Assembly: GCA_008369845.1 (NCBI GenBank) | Contig: MRSU01009229.1 | Location: 1-33,282 of the forward strand | Reading direction: 5' to 3' | DNA: 33,282 bases | DNA from: Trichomonas gallinae | Taxonomy: Eukaryota | In this document: positions 20,881-29,811 of the stretch, one piece after another | How the letters are laid out: the number at the start of each line of letters is the position of its first letter | Position numbering within the stretch: position 1 is the stretch's first letter | Notes under the pieces: generated by a model | Database searches by the model: none | The model's input: the letters and a program-made list of their open reading frames with translations, nothing else | Told to the model about the DNA's origin: nothing | Program-made: the position numbers and the translations under genes

Positions 20881-21864
20881 ATGTCGCTTAAATCAATTGC
20901 CGTCTTAACATCAGGTGGTGATAACGCTGGCCTCAATGCTGCTGTCCGTGCCATCACACGTGTTGGCATTGCTAAGGGCTTGAGAGTCTATGGCGTCCAG
21001 AGAGGTTATCGCGGACTCGTTGAAGGCCAAATTTTCGAATTAAACAATCGTAAGGTTTCAGGAAAGATGGGCCTTGGTGGCACATTCATTGGTACAGCTC
21101 GTCTCCCAGAATGGGCTAAGGATCCAAAGATTCGCCGTGAAGCTATCCGTAACATGAATCGCCACGACATTGAAGGCCTCATTGTTATAGGTGGCAATGG
21201 ATCTTTGTCCGGTGCATCATTACTCGCAAAAGAAGGCTTCCCAGTTATCGGTATTCCAGGATCAATCGATGACGATGTCAATGGAACAGAAATCTGCGTT
21301 GGTGTCGATACAGCTCTCAACATCATCATTGAAGCTATCGATCGTATTCGCGATTGCGCTTCTTCTATTCAGCGTGCTTTCGTTATTGAAGTTATGGGTC
21401 GTGATTCTGGCGCTCTCGCTTTAATGTCCGCTGCTGCTACAGGTGCTGAAGTCTGCCTTGTTCCAGAACTTCCATCTCCACCAATGGAGAAAATTGCTGA
21501 AACAATTACAAACGCATACACCAAGGGTAAGCCACACGCCATCATCGTTGTCGCTGAAGGCTGGAAGCCAGGCACAAACAAGCTTGTCGAATACTTGAAC
21601 TCTAAGCAGGATGAAACAGGTTTCGACGTTAGAACAACAGTTCTTGGTTACACACAGCGTGGTGGTTCCCCATCTAACATTGATAGGTACTACGGCACTG
21701 CCATGGGTGCTTATGCAGTTGAAGCAATCATGAATGGTGAATCAGGCAAGATGGTTGGCGTTCAGAACGGTAAACTCGCTTTGATTCCTCTCGAAACACT
21801 TGTTGGCAAGCTCAAACCAATCAACACCGATCTCATGAAATTATACAATACACTCGATAATTAA
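20881..21864 (+). CDS. PFK: ATP-dependent 6-phosphofructokinase, bacterial PfkA-type
   Basis: IAVLTSGGD..GLNAAVR, IGGNGS and PGSIDDD (ATP-type Gly signatures), EVMGR, VAEG, LGYTQRGG. Single 327-aa domain. Confidence 0.95.
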   Translation: MSLKSIAVLTSGGDNAGLNAAVRAITRVGIAKGLRVYGVQRGYRGLVEGQIFELNNRKVSGKMGLGGTFIGTARLPEWAKDPKIRREAIRNMNRHDIEGLIVIGGNGSLSGASLLAKEGFPVIGIPGSIDDDVNGTEICVGVDTALNIIIEAIDRIRDCASSIQRAFVIEVMGRDSGALALMSAAATGAEVCLVPELPSPPMEKIAETITNAYTKGKPHAIIVVAEGWKPGTNKLVEYLNSKQDETGFDVRTTVLGYTQRGGSPSNIDRYYGTAMGAYAVEAIMNGESGKMVGVQNGKLALIPLETLVGKLKPINTDLMKLYNTLDN

Positions 21865-22366
21865 ATTCGTTTTGCTCGGCTTTTAAACTAAAGATAAGAA
21901 TTCTATTTTAGCAATATCAACTAATTCATATCATATTGAGATCGAATATTTTTTTTTTATAGTTTTTAGGTGCGCAGCTTCTCAATAAAGTCCGAACGTT
22001 TTAATCTAATGTTGGGTTTTATTGATAGATTTTGGATGAAAATCCAAAATATTGATTTGCTCTAAAACTAACTATATTTGAAAACCATTCAAAGAGTAAC
22101 ATAATATTCTCAAATAAAATCTTGTCATATGTGATAAATTTATATTGAAAAAAATTATTGATGAATTTAGAGTCAAATATTTGAAAAATGGATAGAATGA
22201 GAGCAATAATGGAAGTTTTATACGACATTAGTTAAATAAATAAAGAAATTAATAATGATTTGTTTAACCTTTTTACAAAAACATTGCTATTGTTTATAAA
22301 AACGCATATAAAGACTATTCCATGAATAAAATACAAAAAATATAAATCAAAAAGTGACAAAATCTC

Positions 22367-23011
22367 ATGGTAAACAAATCTATAACATTTATTATTGCCA
22401 TATTTGCTGGCTTGGTAACAACAACTGCCGGCATTGGTATGGGCCTATATTCATACCAGTGGTGGGATGAGGTCAGAATTCTCTATCCTGCTTATGGCGG
22501 AAGATGGCTGATTCTTCCAATTCTCACAGAAATATGTTGGATTGGTAGTATAACATACTTAGTACTTCTTGCACTGACTTGCATTGCTTCAACATCTAAA
22601 ATATGCGGAGAACAGCTTCCAAGAGTTGTTCTTGTCTTTGTTTGCATTGGAGTTCTCTTAACTCTCGGCTCATCTGTCGCCTTGGTCATCGAAACAACAG
22701 AAAAAGAATGCCAAAAGATGCGCAATTACCCCAAAAGGAAGCCATCACCCGATGTTCTCAAAAAATGGAGATCTTGGCTCGAAGATTATACAGATCAGAT
22801 GGATCCAGACGAAAAAGACAAATTCAGGTTTGAGTACGATTATTATACATGTGATAAACATGACCGTAATATTTGGATTTGGGTTGGCTTCACAATAGCT
22901 TCTGTTGTGTCTGGAATTGCTTACATTATATTCTATCAAATAGAAAAGAAACGTTTCCAAGACGTTCTTGAAGGAACACCACTTTCACAAGGTAATTATC
23001 ATTACCATTAA
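22367..23011 (+). CDS. Four-TM tetraspanin-like membrane protein
   Basis: Three N-terminal TM helices, a Cys-containing loop, a fourth TM and a Tyr-containing tail. AAAGTGAC at 22351. Confidence 0.8.
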   Translation: MVNKSITFIIAIFAGLVTTTAGIGMGLYSYQWWDEVRILYPAYGGRWLILPILTEICWIGSITYLVLLALTCIASTSKICGEQLPRVVLVFVCIGVLLTLGSSVALVIETTEKECQKMRNYPKRKPSPDVLKKWRSWLEDYTDQMDPDEKDKFRFEYDYYTCDKHDRNIWIWVGFTIASVVSGIAYIIFYQIEKKRFQDVLEGTPLSQGNYHYH

Positions 23012-23105
23012 TCATGCAGCTTTAGTTTTGTAGTAGTTTAATAAATACATCTATTCTTCAAAATATACTTGCAAAAAAGATTATGAAATTTATAGCGCCA
23101 AAAAA

Positions 23106-23257
23106 TTGTCACGGAGGTATTACATGGCGTTTATCTCCAAGTATGATGGTTATTCATCATCAATACTTCTAGTGGTCAAAGAGTAGTACATACTGAATTA
23201 TATTACTTAAATGCAAGCGCATGTTTACGTAGTTATAGCAAAATTAATCATCATTTA
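23106..23257 (+). repeat. ~150 bp dispersed element, copy 1
   Basis: Ungapped match to the reverse complement of 28815-28961, including a 28-bp identical core TCATCAATACTTCTAGTGGTCAAAGAGT. Confidence 0.88.
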
Positions 23258-23280
23258 CGGCTTTGTAAAAACCATAAATA

Positions 23281-23465
23281 TTTGACATGTAAAATTAGAT
23301 ATTTGACATATAAACATTTATTAATCCATATATTTGTCATGTAAAGTATCAGCATATAATTGACATGTAAATATTCAATAATTCAAATACTTGACATGTA
23401 AATTATTTCATAATTGAAATATTTGACACGTAAATTATCAATAATTCAAATATTTGACATGTAAA
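23281..23465 (+). repeat. Tandem array of seven TTG(A/T)CA(T/C)(G/A)TAAA motifs
   Basis: Copies at about 23281, 23302, 23333, 23359, 23390, 23422 and 23453; the last four have a 31-32 bp period. Confidence 0.9.
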
Positions 23466-23520
23466 TATGACACTTTTCCAGATTAAAAACGTCCATTTTA
23501 CAAACAAACAAAACAAAAAA

Positions 23521-23733
23521 ATGGAGGAACTTCAAGCTTTGATCCGCGACAAACCAGAGCTTAAGCAGTACTTAGAAGAGAAGCTCTTTCCAACATTAAC
23601 AGATGGTTTCGAAGCACTTCTTGTAGAAGAGGATTTAATGAGCAAACGTGTTAATTCAGGCGAAAAGCTTCCAGAAATTCAGCCAATTTTATTCTTAGCG
23701 CAGTACTTAATGAGGCATAATCCAAATGCCTGA
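23521..23733 (+). CDS. Small Dpy-30/RIIa-like dimerisation-motif protein
   Basis: LKQYLEEKLFPTLTDGFEALL...PILFLAQYLMRHNP. ATG 23521 preferred because ATG 23467 lies in the promoter repeats. Confidence 0.8.
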   Translation: MEELQALIRDKPELKQYLEEKLFPTLTDGFEALLVEEDLMSKRVNSGEKLPEIQPILFLAQYLMRHNPNA

Positions 23734-23888
23734 AAAAATTGTTTTAATTTTAATGCAGTTAATAAATTGTTGATTATCCCAAAATTACCGATTCTTTATA
23801 AATTACATAAAACAAAAGTAAGTATTTTAAATAACTGAATGACAAAAAGGCTTTAATAATATAATATAAAAAAATATTAAAGAAAAAA

Positions 23889-25796
23889 TTAGTGCTTACT
23901 AATTCTATAGCAGTTCTGAAGTCCACCATGTGGAATAATATATTCTTTGTCTACAAGTTTCTTGAGGCATAAATCAATATCTTCATCTGTTGGATTAAAC
24001 TTCGGTTTGAGTGTATTATATACAGTTTCCTTGATCTCATTGACAGTAGCTGGTCTACGGCCCTTAAGGAACTTGCAAATGGCTGCTTCTATCTGATCAT
24101 TGCAATTATCGAAATGAACGTCTTCAACAGTCCTCTTTTGTATCTCATTGGACATTGATTGCAAGCTGTTAGCGTTTGAAGGCGGTCCGACGAATACAAA
24201 GTTGCTTCCACGTTGTTCGATAATTTTGAAGTTAATTAAACTCTGCATCGCTTTCTGCAAGTCCGCTGTGTCGATCTCCAGCTCAGTTTTCAGCTCTTGG
24301 AATGTTATTCCATTGTTTTCCAGGATTCGTTGAACAATGCAAGCGTGAAGCAGATTTAACGAGAAAGTATTTGTTCCATCCGAGAATTCAACAGACGAGT
24401 AGTTGTCTGTTGGCCTAACGAGCTTCTTGGCTCTGTCAAAGTCGCTGATTTCAAGAGATCTGACGAATAATTCTTCAAAGAAAGGCGGAAGCTTGTAATT
24501 AATGGGCTTTAATATGCCCCAGTTGTATGAATACAAGATGAATATGTGCATCTGAGTGTTTCCAACTGTGCACAACATAAGGGAAGGATCTGAAAAATCA
24601 TCTAAAATCTTTCCAATGTGATCAAGGCTGACTTTATTGGCTCTGAAGAATTCGTAAAGTTCTCTCTCTTTTTCAACTGTTGTTGTGCTGGAAAGAAGAC
24701 GTCTTGTTAGGTATCTTGCATATTGCTCCGAAAAACTGGCATCGTTATCAAGGAACTTGCAAAGTGGAGCAATAGATGGAAGCGGATCTTGATTCATGTC
24801 ATGATAAGCGCATAATTTGTCTGTAAATTGTTGTTCATCAAGATATCTATTGAATGAAGACTTAATTTCAGAAGAAAAGCTGTTATTGAGGGCCTCTGTG
24901 TTAAGCCTGCATGCATCATTGTATGCTTTAGAGGTATTTTCGCAGAATTCTGGGAATGGAGATTCTGGGAATGATTCTAGGAGGTCTTTGAGGTATTCTT
25001 TGAATGAAGCGGATAATTTGTTCATCCATTCTTTGCGTCCAAACTGAATTACTTCGAATAAAGTAGAAATTGTTCCAGTTTCAATTGCTTCTTTGATTGA
25101 CTTCGTTGAAATGATGCGTTCGAGCTCGTTATCAATGACAAGTGCATTGAATAACTCGCGTAAGTGTTGTTTCGTATGTGGAGGAAGTGCATTATCAATT
25201 CCTTCGTGAATTCTCATGTATGTTGAGTGAATAAGCCTGATCTCGTCCATTGTATTCTGGCACTCGCTGAATGGGATCGATTGAATGTAGAATTTAAGTT
25301 CGGTTTGAAATGTGTTGCTAAATATCTTAACATAGAGGTCAAGTGCCACCTTATAGATATATACAGATATTTTTGTCACTTCTTTCGGTATTGGAACGTT
25401 ATTTCGAAGAAAAGAAGAAAATACTTCAGTGACAGCTTTTTGTAGTGATAAGATTGTCGCTTCGTTATAGAAGTATTTCGTGAGTATCTGGTTTGTCGCG
25501 AGTCCTGCAATTGTTTCGCTTTCTTTTTCTCCAATCGTAGAATCATAATATGTGAAAATACTCATTAAAATTTCAACATTTCTTCGATAAGTTTCTAGTT
25601 TGTTGTAAAACATTTCGAGATCTGTATCACCGTGCGTTGGAACTTGCGTTAATTCATCTATGATATGTAAAATCGAGGGTTTGAGATCCATTTTTTGCTC
25701 CATCGAATTCCATATCGCCATGTACACATCGTCGAAGCAACATGTCGATGGACTGTTGATGAAATTCATTATAAGATCCACAAGTTCTTGATTCAT
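23889..25796 (-). CDS. Divergent cullin family protein
   Basis: FSEQYARYLTRRLL, IL.Y.W, LP..F, and the neddylation domain QIEAAICKFLK...KF.P...I..CL..LVDKEYI. Inr TCACTT upstream of ATG 25796. Confidence 0.9.
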   Translation of the reverse strand: MNQELVDLIMNFINSPSTCCFDDVYMAIWNSMEQKMDLKPSILHIIDELTQVPTHGDTDLEMFYNKLETYRRNVEILMSIFTYYDSTIGEKESETIAGLATNQILTKYFYNEATILSLQKAVTEVFSSFLRNNVPIPKEVTKISVYIYKVALDLYVKIFSNTFQTELKFYIQSIPFSECQNTMDEIRLIHSTYMRIHEGIDNALPPHTKQHLRELFNALVIDNELERIISTKSIKEAIETGTISTLFEVIQFGRKEWMNKLSASFKEYLKDLLESFPESPFPEFCENTSKAYNDACRLNTEALNNSFSSEIKSSFNRYLDEQQFTDKLCAYHDMNQDPLPSIAPLCKFLDNDASFSEQYARYLTRRLLSSTTTVEKERELYEFFRANKVSLDHIGKILDDFSDPSLMLCTVGNTQMHIFILYSYNWGILKPINYKLPPFFEELFVRSLEISDFDRAKKLVRPTDNYSSVEFSDGTNTFSLNLLHACIVQRILENNGITFQELKTELEIDTADLQKAMQSLINFKIIEQRGSNFVFVGPPSNANSLQSMSNEIQKRTVEDVHFDNCNDQIEAAICKFLKGRRPATVNEIKETVYNTLKPKFNPTDEDIDLCLKKLVDKEYIIPHGGLQNCYRISKH

Positions 25797-26011
25797 GATA
25801 AAAAAAAATTTGTAAAGTGACTTTAAAAAATATCCATTTTTTCTATCATTTCTGTTATCTTCATGCATTTTGCACCTGAAATTTTATATTTTTAGCGATT
25901 TTTGTTTTATATTATAAATTGTTTGTTGAAAAATTATTTATTTGGATACATAACATTTATATATTCATATAACTTAATCTAATTTTGTAATCCTAGTGAC
26001 ACAATTCCTAT

Positions 26012-26335
26012 TTTTATTATCAAAATTTGATATTTTCGTTTTAAGCTCTTCATTCCATGTTTTTTCCAATCTGTTTGATTTATGTGATAATATGTAAGAT
26101 TGTTAATTGGCTAATTTATATAAAATCAAATTCCAAATTTTATATTTTCATTTTTAGATCACAATTCCATGTTTTTTAGAATCCACTCTATATACATGAT
26201 AATAATTAAATCAACGAAATAGTAATTTTATTATTATCAAATTTTATATTTTTGCTTTTAGATCTTCACTTCATGTTTTTAAAACCAATTCTTAATATTT
26301 GATAATTGTCCAATCTGCTAATTACTAATTTATTA
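26012..26335 (+). repeat. Degenerate ~105-112 bp tandem repeat, three copies
   Basis: Recurring blocks AAATTT.ATATTTT...TT(A/T)AG.TC...T(T/C)CATGTTTTT, TGATAAT and TAATTT at a period of about 108 bp. Confidence 0.7.
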
Positions 26336-26460
26336 AATGAAAAATTTGATATAATCAAATTAATGAAGAAATTTGATATGTATATGAAAAATCAATAAGA
26401 CAATTTATAAATAGCTAAGCTTTTGTATGTATATATATAAAACAATAAAAAATAAAATTT

Positions 26461-27678
26461 TCAATCTTCTTCTTCGTCTTCTTCATCGAAATCTTCTTCT
26501 TCATCGTCTGATCCACAGTTCTTAATATCATTTATTGTAATCGGAATTGTGAAAATCTGCTTTTCATAATTTTTATCATCCTCAAAGACATAAAATGGAG
26601 CTTTAGAGAAAATATCAACAGGTTGATCAGACAAATCCTCGACTTTTCTTGCACCACTCTCGAAATCTTGGTCGAATTCGTTTTCTGGCTCTTGATACAT
26701 TTCATTTGCGAACATATTATCGAGTTCAGGAACTGAATGCACCCACCTGTTCTTGTATACAGCTCTCCAAACGTGGATGCCCTTTGAAGCTCGCGCGTAA
26801 ACAATTGGATGAACTGGATGGAAAATAAGTTGAAGAATTGCTTCTCTGGGGCCATTTGTAAAGCTTTTACGCAGAGAAAATCTATCTAGTTCGTATGCTG
26901 TGAATGAAGCGTCAGTAATTTCAGCGGTTCCAAAGATAATATGTTCATCGTGGCGATCGAAGCTTGCTGTCGAGAATCTGGTATCACCGACGTGATCGCA
27001 GAACTTGTGTAAGAATTCCCCTGTGCCAAGATTAAGCAAATGAGCAGCTCCTGCTTTATCGATAATAATTGCTAAGTCTCCTTTATGGGAAACTTCGATT
27101 GAATGGATGCTTTTGCGGGCTGGGGCATCGAATGATTTGATTACCGTTCCGTTTTGTGTATCAATTAATGAAATTTTTGTATTTTTAGCGACAATTATAT
27201 TATCATTTGGTAAAATATTGAAAACATTGTATTGCCCTGGAAACTGTCTGCCTGTTTTCTCAGCAAGATTGAGCTGATTAAGCGAAACTTGTGATTGAGT
27301 TAAATAATAAATAATTGTTGGATTTTTCTTCGAAAATTGAAGACCAATAATCTTATCTTCGAAATCTTGTGAGAAAATCGTCTCTCTTGTTTCGATATTG
27401 TGAATAGTTATGTTTTTGTTATCGCAATGTGCAACAAATAATCCATCTCTTGAGAAGGAAATATCAATAACCGCAGATTTATGCTTGAATATTTCAATAT
27501 TTCCGCATCCAGAAAAAGAATCAACGAGTTGTGTTTGGCCATTAACAAGACCGACGCCTAATATACCGCCATGATACGAAATAGCCATGCACGATGTTTT
27601 CGCCTTGAAATTGTATGTTATACTGTACCAGTCTGGAAGGTCTATATATAGATCATCAAGTAGAGTATGAAAACTCAT
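26461..27678 (-). CDS. RBBP5: WD40 protein, RBBP5/Swd1 (COMPASS subunit)-like
   Basis: Beta-propeller followed by RW....PE......N..Y.E.ENEFD (RBBP5/Swd1 hinge), a VDI motif and an acidic tail. Confidence 0.75.
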   Translation of the reverse strand: MSFHTLLDDLYIDLPDWYSITYNFKAKTSCMAISYHGGILGVGLVNGQTQLVDSFSGCGNIEIFKHKSAVIDISFSRDGLFVAHCDNKNITIHNIETRETIFSQDFEDKIIGLQFSKKNPTIIYYLTQSQVSLNQLNLAEKTGRQFPGQYNVFNILPNDNIIVAKNTKISLIDTQNGTVIKSFDAPARKSIHSIEVSHKGDLAIIIDKAGAAHLLNLGTGEFLHKFCDHVGDTRFSTASFDRHDEHIIFGTAEITDASFTAYELDRFSLRKSFTNGPREAILQLIFHPVHPIVYARASKGIHVWRAVYKNRWVHSVPELDNMFANEMYQEPENEFDQDFESGARKVEDLSDQPVDIFSKAPFYVFEDDKNYEKQIFTIPITINDIKNCGSDDEEEDFDEEDEEED

Positions 27679-27690
27679 TTTTTTAAATCC

Positions 27691-28022
27691 ATAAAACAGG
27701 GGGTGACACCAATTTTTTTAATAAATAAATTAGGGGGTGACACCATTTTTTTTATAAATAAATTAGGGGGTGATACCAAAATTATTTTTTTAATGGTGAT
27801 CTAACCTTCATAACTCTGAATTGGCTATACTTACAAGCTTTAAACTTACATATGATTTACTATTGTTTTTGGAGATGATATTCCATATATAGATGTGTCT
27901 TTATATATGCTAAATTTGTCGAAAATAAAATTCTATTTTAGGGGTAACACTAAATATATAGAACTAATAAAACAGGGGCCGACACCATTTTTTTAAATAA
28001 ATAAAACAGGGGGTGACACCAA
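27691..28022 (+). repeat. Two triplets of a 33-34 bp unit carrying GGGGGTGACACC
   Basis: Cores at 27699, 27733, 27766 and 27941, 27975, 28009 (three exact, three variant). Confidence 0.92.
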
Positions 28023-28274
28023 ATAATAAAAATATATTTTAACAAAAATAATCTTATTTATGATATATTTATATATCATACACATTGATTATTAAATTAT
28101 TTTTGTTATATCGTGGATTTTAAATTAGGAATAATATTTCATTAACTGTTGGTAGTAAAGAATGAGAAAAATGGAAGTAATATACACGATTAGGCTTTAA
28201 AAATGTATGAATTGTTAACGTAAAAACATAATTTTTGGAATCTAAAAAACGAAATTCGCGAATTTAAAAAAATT

Positions 28275-28496
28275 TTACATGGCTCTGGTAGTTTCTTGGA
28301 CATCTGATGGTGGAATATCCTGGAATGCTTGCATTCTGCCTGGATTGACATCTTCTGGTGTTTCACATACGTGTACTGGCGCTTTAACGCAGTCATCTGG
28401 ATTTTCAGCCTTTTTGGAAGCATCTGGTAAGCCTTCTGGAATGATTGGTACTACTGGCTCATCATTCTTCTGTTGCTCATCCGCTTCTTTGCACAT
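28275..28496 (-). CDS. Small acidic/Pro-rich hypothetical protein (73 aa)
   Basis: ATG-started, GC-richer than flanks, stop within TAAA, TTTG(A/T)C motifs directly upstream. Confidence 0.65.
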   Translation of the reverse strand: MCKEADEQQKNDEPVVPIIPEGLPDASKKAENPDDCVKAPVHVCETPEDVNPGRMQAFQDIPPSDVQETTRAM

Positions 28497-28621
28497 GAGA
28501 AATTTATGGCGTTAAGATCCAATTTTTGACGTGTAAATTAAATTTTTAAAATTTTTGTCATGTAAAAATTAAATTTGATTTCTAAAAAATGTGTTGCCAC
28601 CTGGTCTTCCCAGTGGATTTC

Positions 28622-28770
28622 TTCCAAATTAAGGCGATAGATACAACGAGATCATAATATTATTTTGTCATTAAAATGTTCGCAGATTACAATATTATTT
28701 CCAAATTAAGGCGATTTAGAAGTAACGATTATTTCAATAATATTTTGTCATAAAAATGTTCGATTTATAA
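28622..28770 (+). repeat. 77-bp-period imperfect direct repeat, two copies
   Basis: TTCCAAATTAAGGCGAT is exact at 28622 and 28699, each followed by AACGA and TATTTTGTCAT(T/A)AAAATGTTCG. Confidence 0.85.
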
Positions 28771-28814
28771 GTCAAAAACAGAATGATGTAGTACTGAAAT
28801 ATGTGATGAAGATT

Positions 28815-28961
28815 AAATGCAATAATTTTTGTTAATAACTTCACATGCGTTCACATTTAGGCAATATTATTGAGTATGTACCACTCTTTGACCACTAGAA
28901 GTATTGATGAAGTTTAACATTCAACGTTGGAGATAAACATCATACAATACTGCCGTGACAA
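28815..28961 (-). repeat. ~150 bp dispersed element, copy 2 (inverted)
   Basis: Reverse complement aligns to 23106-23257. Confidence 0.88.
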
Positions 28962-29811
28962 GTACATTTATCAAAAATGTTCGGGTATGCCAAATTTAAA
29001 GTTGGAAAAAACGATTATTAATAATCATGGTGATTGAATGTCTGTAGAAATGGATACGAGTTGATAAAAATCGCATCAAATACTGCTGTTTCTTGAGCAA
29101 TACTCTTCAATGAATCTATTTATTGAAGAATCTGAAGTAAAAAGTAACGGTTCTCGAATAATTTGATTGTTATATGCTTTTCTAGGCTGCCCAGCTAAAA
29201 GTAGTTGATACAATTCAAGCTAATGCAAGCTAAGCAGACTCGAAAAGTGGATCAAACGTAATATTTAGGAAATGTGAAGTTTCTTGCTAATATTTTGCTG
29301 GAACTACAAGCTAAGAACATAATAATTGTATCTTAGGCGGTTGTAACGGCAAATACAGAACGGAGTAGAAATGTCGACTATTTAGTGTGGAGTAACAGGA
29401 GCTTTTGCGTCCATTTGCCTCATATGTTACTACAATAAAGCAAACTACGAGGTATTTTAGCGCATAAGCTATAAAATTTGCAATTGAATGAGAACTGAAG
29501 ACCTCTACAGGGTGTTTATGCTCATCTTTCATTCCAATAATGCTAAACCAGCCGGCATAGGTGCTGTTTGAATGGGAAGATGAGTGCAATGAGATGCATA
29601 ATAATATGTCATTGCTTTATTTATATGCTTTGAATAATAAAGCAAAACTTTTTTATCATCAAATAATTAGTTTGTTTTTTGTCATGTAAATTATATTCAC
29701 AGTACTTCTGCCACGTAAATATAATTTACGAATCAAAAATCGGATCTTTAATTCAAAATACTGGTTTTAAATACGTTCATGCATGAAAACCATATTTTTA
29801 TCATCAAAAAA

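Noticed and set aside
23281..23465. CRISPR-like array
   Set aside because: Repeats are only about 13 bp, the linkers resemble each other, there are no cas genes, and the context is eukaryotic. The same applies to 27691-28022.
25797..25868. Upstream in-frame starts in the ORF track (cullin 25868, S8 6127, CDC50 1197, 13132, 16954, 23467)
   Set aside because: The extensions cross Inr/M2 elements, promoter repeats or AT tracts, and several use TTG; downstream ATGs fit better.
28590..28655. 5S rRNA similarity (minus strand CTGGGAAGACCAGGTG; also AAGCTAAGCAG near 29227)
   Set aside because: Only short patches match; spacing and orientation do not give a 120-nt 5S structure.
23106..28961. Intact composite DNA transposon with 150-bp TIRs
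   Set aside because: No transposase and no TSD; the enclosed genes are housekeeping-type. Kept only as a repeat finding.
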